A DNA stretch of 64,000 nucleotides from the IMG/VR virus record IMGVR_UViG_3300025109_000007, positions 3,647 to 67,646 of that record; one strand, 5' to 3'. Under the pieces are notes generated by a model. That model ran no database searches. It saw only the letters and a program-made list of their open reading frames with translations, and was not told the DNA's origin. Made by a program: the position numbers and the translations under genes. The stretch is from a virus. Shown piece by piece: positions 1 to 8,947 of this stretch (position 1 is the first letter of the stretch; each line of letters opens with the position of its first letter).

Positions 1-213
1 CCGCGCGAGACGGAGGGCGCGCTGCCGTTCCTCGTCGCTCATCTCGGGCACAGGGTCGGGGGAGGGCGACGAGCGGTCAACCCGGCGCCCCCCCGACCCG
101 CGCCGGCCGAGGGCCTCTCGCAGCGCCCGCAGCTCCGCGCGCTGGGCGCGGACTTCCGCGAGCAGCTCGAGGAGCAGCTCGGCGCCGTCGAGGGTCTCGG
201 CCGGATCGCTCAT
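1..213 (-). CDS. Hypothetical protein, runs off the window (MSDPAETLDGAELLLELLAEVRAQ...)
   Basis: ATG at 213 overlaps the stop of the upstream ORF (ATGA); open to base 1. Confidence 0.5.
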   Translation of the reverse strand, partial: MSDPAETLDGAELLLELLAEVRAQRAELRALREALGRRGSGGRRVDRSSPSPDPVPEMSDEERQRALRLAR

Positions 214-653
214 GCGCCTTCCTCCGCCGCGTACCAGTCCCGCACGGCGCTCCGGAGCGCCTCTTCGCGGTCCCAGTCCTCGATTCTCACGGTGCGCGTG
301 CTGCCGTCACGGGACCGGCCGCGCGCCCGCGCTCCCCACCGGCCCGGCGTGCGGCACGGGAAGACGAGGAGCTCGAGCACGGCGCGACTCCCCCACCGCC
401 GGGGCCGCGCCGTCGCGCCGCCGTCCGGCGGCCCCTCGGTTCCCCTTCCGGTCCCGGGGTCGCAGGTCGGGGCCGGTGGAGCGCTCGAGGGCGCGGCGTT
501 CCGAAGTGCTCCAGCGCCGGCCCGCGATGGGGTGTCCACCTTGCGTGGCGAGCACAGACCCGCCCCGGATCTGAAGTTCTGGTGACGATCGGCGGACGGT
601 CGTGAAGTTTCCGAGCCACTCATGCTGGCCGTCGACGCGCTCACGACATCCAC
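210..653 (-). CDS. Hypothetical protein (start uncertain)
   Basis: Protein-like C-terminus (TVRIEDWDREEALRSAVRDWYAAEEGA), coupled to the next gene. Confidence 0.35.
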   Translation of the reverse strand: MDVVSASTASMSGSETSRPSADRHQNFRSGAGLCSPRKVDTPSRAGAGALRNAAPSSAPPAPTCDPGTGRGTEGPPDGGATARPRRWGSRAVLELLVFPCRTPGRWGARARGRSRDGSTRTVRIEDWDREEALRSAVRDWYAAEEGA

Positions 654-852
654 CTCGCGAGCTCCTCGAGCAGCCGGTGGCCGAAGACGTCGAGGTCCTG
701 ATGCTCCGGGAAGACGAGGAGTTCGAGCACGGCCCCTCCGCCTTCGCCGATCGGCGGTGCGGTCGGGCCGCTCCTGCCGTTGGGGGGCTGGCCGGCGGCC
801 GGTGAAGTCTCGCGGCCCTCATCTGAGGGGGTCGAAAGTAAACCGCGGGCGT

Positions 853-1599
853 TCACGCCTGGCTCCCGCGCCGCAGCGGCATCCGAGAGCAGCCGGACCG
901 GTCGAGAATCCGGGCCTCGTGTGCAGCCTCGATCACCCGGAGCGCGAAGTAGTCGAGCGCCCGCGCGTCCACGAGGCGCGCGAGGCACATCGTGAAGTAG
1001 GCCGCCAGGTAGCCCGGGGGGTTGTGCATCGCGCCGCCGACCAGCTCACCGAAGGCGCTGATCGCCAGCTCGATCACCTCGTCCTCGGACTCCTCGTGTT
1101 CCCGAGGTACCGACGCGAGGTCGTCGGCTGCCGCGTCGAGCCCACCGCAGCGGGTGAGGATGTGGAGAGCGATATCGAGGTGACCTGTCGCTGGCGTCCT
1201 CATCGTCGAGCCCGGGATGTCGAGGCGTGCGAGACCCGACGCCAGGGCGGCGGCGACCTCCCGCGCCGAGAACCCCGCGAGCGCGGCTTCGAGGACTGAT
1301 TCCGCTCCGTTGCATCGCGCTCGCGACGCGAGCGCGGACAGGGGCGCCCCGCCGGCCCACGCGCAGTCGTCTTTCGCGCGGACTTCTTCCCGGAAGAAGA
1401 AGAAGCACGAGAGCGGCGTCACCCGGAGCTCGAGCACCTCGTCTTCGAGCCTGGACGGGCGCTCAGTAGACACCCTCGGGGGCGGTGTTACCCTGGCCTC
1501 GTTCGAGTCTTCGCTGATCCGAACACCATTCGACGCCTCGGGAGTTGCCGCTCCCGGGGCGTTTCTCTTTCCGGCATCCGCCGGGGTTTGGTCTTTCAT
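853..1599 (-). CDS. Hypothetical early-left protein
   Basis: GGAGG RBS before ATG 1599; helical, protein-like C-terminal half; directly downstream of the repressor. Confidence 0.5.
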   Translation of the reverse strand: MKDQTPADAGKRNAPGAATPEASNGVRISEDSNEARVTPPPRVSTERPSRLEDEVLELRVTPLSCFFFFREEVRAKDDCAWAGGAPLSALASRARCNGAESVLEAALAGFSAREVAAALASGLARLDIPGSTMRTPATGHLDIALHILTRCGGLDAAADDLASVPREHEESEDEVIELAISAFGELVGGAMHNPPGYLAAYFTMCLARLVDARALDYFALRVIEAAHEARILDRSGCSRMPLRRGSQA

Positions 1600-1644
1600 C
1601 GAGCCTCCTTCGCCGGACCTTCCGGCCCGACGAAGGTTGCCAAA

Positions 1645-1663
1645 ACTTGCGGTCTAGTCAAGT
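1645..1663. promoter_or_regulatory. Putative left operator/promoter of element A
   Basis: ACTTGCGGTCTAGTCAAGT with ACTTG/CAAGT arms, 15/19 identical to 2238-2256; contains TTGACT on the minus strand. Confidence 0.55.
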
Positions 1664-2194
1664 TGGTTCGTCGGAATCCTCGCCGAGAAGCAACTCCTCG
1701 AGCTCGATAGCCATGTGTACCGCAAGCCGCGCTCGCTCCTGATCGGACTTGGCGATGAGAATCTGCCTCGCTGCCTGTGTGGCCGGATGATCGGCCAGGA
1801 GCCTGGCTAGCGTGGTCGCGGCTACAGGGTCGACGTTGCGCCTCTCCATCCACGTGGTGAGCACTTCGCCCGTGAGGCGCACCATGGCTTCTCTGCGCGA
1901 GGCACCCAATTCGAACAGCGTGAAACCCAGCACCTCAGGGGGCGGAAACTCCCTGTAGTGGCCTTCCTGAGAGCTGTAGTACGCCTCGCTGAATTTGTAC
2001 CGTTGCGCGGCGCCAGAGAGAACCCGCTGGCTGACGTCCCGCTCGCCGGCCAGGACGCGCGAGAGATGCGAGGGAGAGATCCCGACCTCCTCGGCCACGG
2101 CCTTCTTCCATCCGTGCGCATGCTGCCGCTCCTCACCGAGCGCTTGGAGTAGCTCCCGAAAACGCCGCTGGGCCAGCTCGCCAGGGTTGTCCAC
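1658..2194 (-). CDS. CI-like XRE-family HTH repressor
   Basis: HTH KKAVAEEVGISPSHLSRVLAGER; divergent from a Cro-like gene. Confidence 0.8.
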   Translation of the reverse strand: MDNPGELAQRRFRELLQALGEERQHAHGWKKAVAEEVGISPSHLSRVLAGERDVSQRVLSGAAQRYKFSEAYYSSQEGHYREFPPPEVLGFTLFELGASRREAMVRLTGEVLTTWMERRNVDPVAATTLARLLADHPATQAARQILIAKSDQERARLAVHMAIELEELLLGEDSDEPT

Positions 2195-2237
2195 CGAGCG
2201 AGCCTAGCAGACGCAGGCTTGCGGGGTGGCTTGCGGT

Positions 2238-2256
2238 AGTTGCGGTCTGAGCAAGT
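2238..2256. promoter_or_regulatory. Putative right operator of element A
   Basis: AGTTGCGGTCTGAGCAAGT in the divergent intergenic gap, preceded by two more TTGCGG half-sites. Confidence 0.55.
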
Positions 2257-2274
2257 GTTGGGTAGGCTGCGCGC

Positions 2275-2544
2275 ATGGCGGAGACACGGGCACACGCCCT
2301 CTACCGGGCCTGGTCGAGCGACGTCGGCGGCGTCTGCTCTGCGGCGCGAATCCTCGGGATCAGCGAAGGCCACTCCAGCCGGATCGCCAAGGGGGTCAGG
2401 ATCCCGAGCCTCGAGCTCGCGGCCGCAATCGAGCGAGTCACCCGCGCGTGGTCTCGGGGGCCGATCCTCGCGGTCGCATGGGTCCCAGTGACTCGACCTC
2501 CGCGTCCGGCGCCTCCGGCCGAGAGCGAGGTCGAGGCCGCGTGA
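2275..2544 (+). CDS. Cro-like HTH protein
   Basis: AARILGISEGHSSRIAKGVRIPSLELAAAIE; aligns by eye with 53110-53382. Confidence 0.8.
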   Translation: MAETRAHALYRAWSSDVGGVCSAARILGISEGHSSRIAKGVRIPSLELAAAIERVTRAWSRGPILAVAWVPVTRPPRPAPPAESEVEAA

Positions 2545-2625
2545 TGACGCCCCCCCAAAGACTGACCCCCCGCGCGGTATGGAGCCGGCGAGGGGTCGAG
2601 ACCGGAGACCACCGGCCGCTGGTAC

Positions 2626-2958
2626 ATGACCCCGCCAGCGTACTGGTCTCCATCGCCGAGCGCAAGCCGCTCGAGGAGACCAACTGTGCAGACCACCACC
2701 ACCACTGACCGGGCCCAGGTGCTCGAGGTCGCGCCGATCGGCGCAGCCGGGGTGCTCGCGATCGTGTCCGAGGCCCTCCGCGCCCTCGGCGAACGGCGAG
2801 ACGCGGGAGCGCCCCCCGAGGCGATCGCGGCGGAGACGGAGGCGGCGCTCGTCTGGGCGCGCGCCGTGCTCGAGCACGAGCGGGGCGCGGCCGCGGCGTA
2901 CGTCCGCGCCCTGGTAGACGCGGCCGGCGCCGCGCTCGGAGAGGAGACGACCCGATGA
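2626..2958 (+). CDS. Hypothetical protein
   Basis: Helical Ala/Glu/Leu-rich ORF, coupled to the next gene. Confidence 0.55.
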   Translation: MTPPAYWSPSPSASRSRRPTVQTTTTTDRAQVLEVAPIGAAGVLAIVSEALRALGERRDAGAPPEAIAAETEAALVWARAVLEHERGAAAAYVRALVDAAGAALGEETTR

Positions 2959-3485
2959 TGATGAGCCCCGGCACGGAGCTCCCGCCGCTGCCCCCGCCGT
3001 GCGCGGCGACCGCCGAGGACGTGGCCACGGTCGCCATGATGGCCGAGCTGCTCGACATAGAGCTCGGCATCCTCGGGGTAGGCGAGGGCATCCGCGCCCT
3101 CGGCGGAGAGGTGGAGGACGACCGCTACGGCGCCTTCGTCGTCCGGCGCGATCACCGCACCCTGCAGCGCTGGCTTGCGCGCGCGATGGCCCTGCGGGCT
3201 CGACCGCGGCCGCGCCCGACGACGACTGCGACGGCGCCCAGCGCGGCGAGACGAGAGACGAGGATGCAGCCCCCGGCGACGGATCCGGGGGGAGGCGCCG
3301 AAGACGGCGACCCTCCACCAGGTGGGCCGCTCGAGGACCAGCGACCGGGCGGGTGCCCGCTGTGCGGGGCAAAGGGTCATTGGCGGCGGCCGGCGCGCAT
3401 CGCTGGACCGCTGCCGTCAGAGTGCCTCGCGGCGCTGTCGCGCGGGCTGGTGATGACGCTCCGGGGGGTCGGAGGGCAGATATGA
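2955..3485 (+). CDS. Hypothetical protein with a CxxCxxxGHW zinc-knuckle-like motif
   Basis: CPLCGAKGHW; ATGA overlaps at both ends. Confidence 0.55.
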   Translation: MMMSPGTELPPLPPPCAATAEDVATVAMMAELLDIELGILGVGEGIRALGGEVEDDRYGAFVVRRDHRTLQRWLARAMALRARPRPRPTTTATAPSAARRETRMQPPATDPGGGAEDGDPPPGGPLEDQRPGGCPLCGAKGHWRRPARIAGPLPSECLAALSRGLVMTLRGVGGQI

Positions 3486-4537
3486 CGACCGGCGAAGGCG
3501 CAGACGCGCCTGACGCGGACCGTGCCTCGGGGGAGGGGCGCGGAGACGAGTACTTCGGCCGCGCGCCAGACTGGCTATTCGACCTGCTCACGCGGCCGAA
3601 GGCGGATCCGTGGAGGCTGACCCAGCTCGATGTCCTCCTGTGGATCCTGCTGAGCAGGTACGCGGGGCTGACGGGCGACGCCTACCCCAGCCATGCCCTG
3701 CTGGCGCAGCGACTCGGCTGCACGGAGAGAGCGGTTCGACGCTCGGCGGAGAAGCTCGCGAAGATGGGCCTGGTCGAGGTGCAACGTCGCGGTCACCGTG
3801 GAAGGTTTAACGTGTACAAGATGAGTAGACCTCGGAGGACCCCAGGGTCCGGTGAGATCCCGCCTGAGAGGACCCCAGGGTCCGGTGAGATCCCGCCTGA
3901 GAGGACCCCAGGGTCCGGTGAGATCCCGCCTGAGAGGACCCCAGGGTCCGGTGACACGCGTGTCACAGGACCCCAGGGTCCATCTGACAGGACCCCAGGG
4001 TCCTGGGGAAGGAGATCAGGAAGCTCTTTTAAAAGCAGTAGGACGCGCGAGACTCCCGAGACGCCGCCGCCGGTCGGCTCCACCGGGCGAGAGAGCGAAC
4101 CGACGACGACTGCTCTCGATCACTCTCGCCTCCGAGCGGACACCGCGTCGCTGCTCCGCCAGCACTGGAGCCGCGAGTGGGGGAGGCACAACGCTGGGCA
4201 GGCGACGGCCGCCCACCTCGCGGAGGTCGAGCGGCTCGCGTGGTGGTTCGACGAACTCTCGCGCGAGCAGGCCAAGCCCGTGGCGGACCTCATCGAGGGC
4301 GCCGTCCGCGCGTTCTTCGTCGCGAAGCGGAAGTACCGGAGGCCGCCGGCGCGGTGGTTCTGCGAGGATCCCGGGAGGTGGCTCGAGGCGGAGGCTCTGG
4401 GCGAGGAGGACACACACGCGCGGCTGCGGAAGGTCCTGGCCGAGATCGACGAAGCCGTGTGCGCCGATCAGGAGACGATCCACGAACTCGAGCGGCAGCG
4501 CGACGCGCTGATCCAGGAAATCCAGGGGGCCGCATGA
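3482..4537 (+). CDS. Phage replication initiator (N-terminal winged HTH, lambda O-like layout)
   Basis: AYPSHALLAQRLGCTERAVRRSAEKLAKMGLV, internal iterons, followed by DnaB. Confidence 0.8.
   Translation: MTTGEGADAPDADRASGEGRGDEYFGRAPDWLFDLLTRPKADPWRLTQLDVLLWILLSRYAGLTGDAYPSHALLAQRLGCTERAVRRSAEKLAKMGLVEVQRRGHRGRFNVYKMSRPRRTPGSGEIPPERTPGSGEIPPERTPGSGEIPPERTPGSGDTRVTGPQGPSDRTPGSWGRRSGSSFKSSRTRETPETPPPVGSTGRESEPTTTALDHSRLRADTASLLRQHWSREWGRHNAGQATAAHLAEVERLAWWFDELSREQAKPVADLIEGAVRAFFVAKRKYRRPPARWFCEDPGRWLEAEALGEEDTHARLRKVLAEIDEAVCADQETIHELERQRDALIQEIQGAA
3835..4036. repeat. Iteron array and putative origin of element A
   Basis: Six AGGACCCCAGGGTCC (3836, 3869, 3902, 3935, 3967, 3989), the first four in a 33-bp tandem repeat, then the AT-rich CTTTTAAAAG. 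Confidence 0.8.
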
Positions 4538-5868
4538 CGGGCCGGGATCCTGAGCTGGCGCTGCTCGCCTGCATCCTCCTCGAGCCGGCGGTTCTGGACG
4601 AGGTGGGCGATGTGGTCTCGCCTGCGGAGTTCGCCGTCCCGCTGCACGCGGCCGCCTTCGAGGCCATGCGGGCCCTGCGCGACCGCGGCGACCACGTGGA
4701 CATCGTGAGCCTTCGCGCGCACTTGCTGGCCAGCGGGGCCGCGGACGGCAACGCGCTGGACCGGTTCGTTCTCGTCATGAGCGACCACATCCCAGACACC
4801 ACGGCGGCCGAGACCTACGCCCGGCTCGTGTCGGGGGCGTCGGCAGTGCGTGCGGTGACGCGCGAGGCCTCCGCGATCGTGGCTCGCTCGCGCGCTCCCC
4901 TCGCCGATGGCGGCGACGTGGACGCCTTCCTGGACGCGGCCGAGGCCGGGATCCTCACCGCGACCGCGGGACGCCGGTCCGACGTGCGGACCGTCGGGAT
5001 GAGCGAGGCCCTCCACGAAGCCAGCCGGGCGCTCGTGGCCCGGGCGGAGTCGAAGGCCGAACTCGACGGCCTCAGCACAGGAATGGCGAACCTCGACCGG
5101 ACCCTCGCCGGGCTGCGCGCGGGCGAGCTCGTGGTGCTCGCTGGACGGCCCGGGATGGGGAAGAGCGCGTTCGCGGGGCACATCGTGCGGACCGCGGCGG
5201 GAGACGGGCACACCTGCGCGGTCTACTCGCTCGAGATGGAGCATCGATCGTGGGCTGAGCGGTGGGCCTGCGCAGAGGGGGGCGTCGATGCCGGTGCGGT
5301 CCGCCGCGGGAAGTTGAGCCGGGACCAGTGGGACCGGTGGTGGGCCGCGAGCGAGAGACTCGCCTCGTTGCCGATCGTGGTCGACGACACACCCTCGCTG
5401 TCGCTGCCGGCGCTCCGCTCGAAAGCTCGGCGGGTCCGCGCCCGCCACGGCCTGGGCCTGATCGTCGTGGACTATCTGCAGCTCATGACCTCGGGCGAGG
5501 GCCACCGGGAACGCAACGACGAGGTGGGGGCCGTGAGTCGCGGCTTGAAGGCTCTGGCGAAGGAACTCTCCGTCCCGGTGCTCGCGCTTGCCCAGCTGAA
5601 CCGCGGCCTCGAAAGCCGAAAGGACAAGCGCCCGAGCCTGTCTGACCTCCGCGAGAGTGGGCAGATCGAGCAAGACGCAGACGTGGTCATGTTCCTGTAC
5701 CGACCCGGCATCTACGCGCCGGAGCTCGCGTCCCCCTCGGCGCTCGAGGTGATCATCGCCAAGCAGCGCGCGGGTCGCACCGGCACGGTGAAGGGCACGT
5801 TCCACGGCGCGACCTACCGATTCGACGGCGCGCCTGACAACGAGAACGGGAGGTACGACGATGCGTGA
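4534..5868 (+). CDS. dnaB: Replicative DNA helicase
   Basis: N-terminal domain, GRPGMGKS, SLEM, IVVDYLQL, LAQLNR, DLRESGQIEQDAD, AKQRAG. Confidence 0.95.
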   Translation: MTGRDPELALLACILLEPAVLDEVGDVVSPAEFAVPLHAAAFEAMRALRDRGDHVDIVSLRAHLLASGAADGNALDRFVLVMSDHIPDTTAAETYARLVSGASAVRAVTREASAIVARSRAPLADGGDVDAFLDAAEAGILTATAGRRSDVRTVGMSEALHEASRALVARAESKAELDGLSTGMANLDRTLAGLRAGELVVLAGRPGMGKSAFAGHIVRTAAGDGHTCAVYSLEMEHRSWAERWACAEGGVDAGAVRRGKLSRDQWDRWWAASERLASLPIVVDDTPSLSLPALRSKARRVRARHGLGLIVVDYLQLMTSGEGHRERNDEVGAVSRGLKALAKELSVPVLALAQLNRGLESRKDKRPSLSDLRESGQIEQDADVVMFLYRPGIYAPELASPSALEVIIAKQRAGRTGTVKGTFHGATYRFDGAPDNENGRYDDA

Positions 5869-6697
5869 TGGCGATGGGTGTCAGGTGCGTCTCGGCTTCG
5901 GCGAGCTCGGCGAAGCCGTTGGCGAGCTCGCTCCGGGAAGCTTGGTGGTGATCGGCGCGCGGCCCTCCACCGGCAAGAGCGCGCTGTGTCTGCGGATCGT
6001 GGCGACGGCCGCGCACGCTGGGACGCGCGCCGAGATCCTCTCGCTCTCGGACCCGCCGGAAACGTGGGCGATCCGCGAGCTGGCGCGTGCGGCAGACGCG
6101 AGCGCCACGAACCTCCGCCTGGGCGGCTCCCTCGGCGAGTCCGAGCTCAGCCGTATCGGCGCGGCGGCGAGCGACGCGCACGACCTCTGGCGCGTGGCTG
6201 ACTGCAGGAGCGCCAGGGACCTCCCGGCGATCATCGCTCACATGCGGCGCGCCGCGGTCCGCCACCGCCCGCGGGTGTTCGTTCTCGATTACATCCAGCT
6301 CGTGCGCGTGCGTGGTGTTCGGGAGCGGCGCCACGAGATCGAGCGCGCGGTCGCGACGCTCAAGAGCACCGCGGCCGAGCTCGACGCGGTGATGGTGATC
6401 GCGTCGCAGCTTCGCCGTCACGACGGCCACCCCACGCTCGAGCTGCTGAAGGAAGCTGGCGCGATCGAGGAGGCGGCCGAGCTCGTGCTGCTCCTTCATC
6501 GGGTGAGAGACACCGAGGCCGGCGATCGCGTCTACGCCGAGATCGCAAAGCACAAGGATGGCGCGGATGGCCACGTGTCGGACGTCTACGAGATCGGGTG
6601 GGATCCGCGGGCTGCGACGTTCCTTGCCTCGCGTCTGATCGGCCCCTGGTGGAAGGTGCCCGGCGTGGAGCGCCGGGGGAGGAGAGCGGCTGGATGA
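5861..6697 (+). CDS. DnaB C-terminal-domain-only paralogue with degenerate motifs
   Basis: GARPSTGKS, VLDYIQL, ASQLRR, LKEAGAIEEAAE, but SLSD and AKHKDG. Confidence 0.8.
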   Translation: MRDGDGCQVRLGFGELGEAVGELAPGSLVVIGARPSTGKSALCLRIVATAAHAGTRAEILSLSDPPETWAIRELARAADASATNLRLGGSLGESELSRIGAAASDAHDLWRVADCRSARDLPAIIAHMRRAAVRHRPRVFVLDYIQLVRVRGVRERRHEIERAVATLKSTAAELDAVMVIASQLRRHDGHPTLELLKEAGAIEEAAELVLLLHRVRDTEAGDRVYAEIAKHKDGADGHVSDVYEIGWDPRAATFLASRLIGPWWKVPGVERRGRRAAG

Positions 6698-7350
6698 CGC
6701 GGCCGTCCGACGACACCAGATGTAGCGGACGTGGCCGATCGGCGCGCGCGGCGCTCCACTGCTCGAGCGATGGGCGGCCGTGCGAGCTGCTCGCCGACGC
6801 GTCGACGGATCCGCCGTGCGCGTACTGCGGCCGGTGGCTCGCTTCGACGGCCACCGAACTGACGGGGCTCCGGCTGGGGCGCCTCGAGCGAGAGATCCTC
6901 CTCGAGGCCTCGCCAGCGCGCGGGGAGCATTCCCCGATGCCCACGACTGCCGCGCGGTCATCGGTGCGGCGCGCGGCGACGAAGCTCGAGCGCGCGGGCC
7001 TGGTTCACCTCCACCCGATCCGGGTGTGTCGGCCCGCTCGCCGGGTCGCGAGCCGGATCCGGAACCCGGAGGGGGCGAACTTCCTGACCTTCACCGTCGA
7101 TCCGCGCGCCCGGGTGTGGGAGCTCGGGGCGCGCCGCACGCTCCTCGGGGAGGGCGCCGTGGCCATCTACGGTCGAGAGCTCGCCGGCGGCGGGCGCATT
7201 CGATGGGACCGCCTCATCGAAAGAGCCCCGGGGCTGGGGGAGACGCCGGCGGAGCTGCGCTCCCGCCAGGCGCCGGGGGGCTCCGTCCGCCCCAGCCTTC
7301 GCGAGGCGTGGGCGGAGTTCTCACGGCTGGCGGCGGGGGCCGAAAAGTGA
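6694..7350 (+). CDS. Hypothetical protein, Cys-rich N-terminus and possible wHTH (late-regulator position)
   Basis: CAYC; SVRRAATKLERAGLV; ATGA coupling. Confidence 0.5.
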   Translation: MTRPSDDTRCSGRGRSARAALHCSSDGRPCELLADASTDPPCAYCGRWLASTATELTGLRLGRLEREILLEASPARGEHSPMPTTAARSSVRRAATKLERAGLVHLHPIRVCRPARRVASRIRNPEGANFLTFTVDPRARVWELGARRTLLGEGAVAIYGRELAGGGRIRWDRLIERAPGLGETPAELRSRQAPGGSVRPSLREAWAEFSRLAAGAEK

Positions 7351-7548
7351 GGCCCGCCGCGCTCTCCGTGACCCTCCGGTGGGGGGGGCTCACTGCCGCG
7401 TCTGCGCGTGCGCTCTCTGAGGCCGCCCCACGCCCGCCCAGCGCTCGCCACGGGTCCGCGCTCGGCCGCCGCATCCTCGGCGCGCGGCGAGCCTCTGACG
7501 ACCCGTGGGGGCCCGGCACGGCGGCCGTGCGAAGCCGCCTGATCGGCG

Positions 7549-7661
7549 CGGGTCCTGTGGGGGACCCCCCCCGTACCGCGGTTAAGTTTCACCACCGCCG
7601 CCCTCGCACGAAGTCCGATGTTCGGCCCGGTGTTCGGGTGTTCGGGCCCCGATTTGTTCGG
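7549..7661 (+). promoter_or_regulatory. Putative cos/packaging site with downstream TGTTCGG repeats
   Basis: GGGTCCT (identical to lambda cosQ) starts a 47-bp block 39/47 identical to 63954-64000; TGTTCGG at 7619, 7631, 7639, 7655; precedes a TerS-like gene. Confidence 0.65.
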
Positions 7662-7779
7662 GTGAGGCTCCGGGGACTCGTGACCCCACTTTCGCCGCCT
7701 CACGCCCGACCGCCGGCCGACTTGGCGTCCGATTCGTCGCGTTCTGACGACGGTGCCCCGACCTAACCCCGGAGGATTC

Positions 7780-8367
7780 ATGACCACGAAACACCTGATC
7801 TCTCGCGCCGAGTTCGCCCGGCGCGCCAACCGAGGGCGCAGCACGATCACGGAGGCGTGCCGCGGCCCGCTCGCTCGAGCCATCGTCCGGAAGCGCATCG
7901 ATGCCGCGCACCCCGACGTCATCGCGTGGGCGCGTGAGCGCGGGATCGACCCGGACGCCCTCACCAGCCAGCGCCGCGCCGCTCGACCGTCCGGCGCAGG
8001 TTCGAGCCCCGCTCCGGCCGCCACCACGGTTCTGGCCGCCCACGGGTTCGGGGGCCCTCTGACGGCAATCCCGGATGACTTGGTCATCCCCGAGTGGGCG
8101 AGCGGCGCGAGTCCCGCGGTGATCCTCGGAGCGCTACAGGCGGGGCTCGACGCGGAGATCGACCGCGCGAAGGAGCAGGGACAGCGACTCCTGCAGTTAG
8201 AGGCCGACCTCTTCGACCTCGACCACCCCACGGTCCGGCGGTTCCTCGAGCAGGAGCACGACGTCACGATGACGCCCGAGCTACTCGCCGAGCTCTGGGA
8301 AGAGCACGAGGAGCACCGCCAGCGCCGCCGTGAGCTCACCGACACCTCGGGGGCCGAAGCCTCGTGA
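7780..8367 (+). CDS. Terminase small subunit-like protein (N-terminal HTH)
   Basis: GGAGG RBS; LISRAEFARRANRGRSTITEACR...RIDAAHP; first gene after the cos-like site. Confidence 0.55.
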   Translation: MTTKHLISRAEFARRANRGRSTITEACRGPLARAIVRKRIDAAHPDVIAWARERGIDPDALTSQRRAARPSGAGSSPAPAATTVLAAHGFGGPLTAIPDDLVIPEWASGASPAVILGALQAGLDAEIDRAKEQGQRLLQLEADLFDLDHPTVRRFLEQEHDVTMTPELLAELWEEHEEHRQRRRELTDTSGAEAS

Positions 8368-8858
8368 CCGCGGCCGAGCTGGCGGAGGCGTCCGACCACC
8401 TCGACGCGGCGGAGCTGCTCGAGGCCGTGCAGGCGATGCTCCGCCGCCGCCGCGGGGGGCGTGGCGGTCCCATGGAGCGAGTCGTCCTCCTGGCGATGGC
8501 GGCCGCCCTCGAGCAACCCCTCTCGGCCGAGCTCGCGAGGCGGGCGGAAGGGCTGGCGGCGGTGGTCCGGGGCGTTCGGACACGGGCGGGCTACGCAGAC
8601 GCCGCGCCCGCCCTGCGCGAGCTCGCGCGCGTCATCGAGGCCGCTCGCGTGCTGCCGTTGGCTGCGCAGGCGCTGCAGGTGCGGCTTGCGCTGGCCGAGG
8701 TAGGGGCCGAGCTCGAGCTCGACCACATCGAGCAGCTGCTCGACGGCGGCAGGACTCTCCGAGCCCAGGTGGCCACGATCGGCGTGGCCGCGCGGCTGCT
8801 CCCCGGTGGAGACCCGCGGCGAGCTCGTGACCATGTTCGGCGCGCCCTCGGAGCCTGA
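8364..8858 (+). CDS. Hypothetical helical protein
   Basis: GTGA coupling; Ala/Leu/Glu-rich. Confidence 0.55.
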   Translation: MTAAELAEASDHLDAAELLEAVQAMLRRRRGGRGGPMERVVLLAMAAALEQPLSAELARRAEGLAAVVRGVRTRAGYADAAPALRELARVIEAARVLPLAAQALQVRLALAEVGAELELDHIEQLLDGGRTLRAQVATIGVAARLLPGGDPRRARDHVRRALGA

Positions 8859-8947
8859 CGGGTGGAGAGTGAAGCTCCACCTCACGCAACGTTCGGAGCG
8901 TGCATCATGCAGGCATGACGCGCGCTACGCAGATGGAGGGCTGAGCC

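Noticed and set aside
3835-4004. 33-bp repeats as a CRISPR array
   Set aside because: No unique spacers, in frame within a gene, no cas genes; fits iterons
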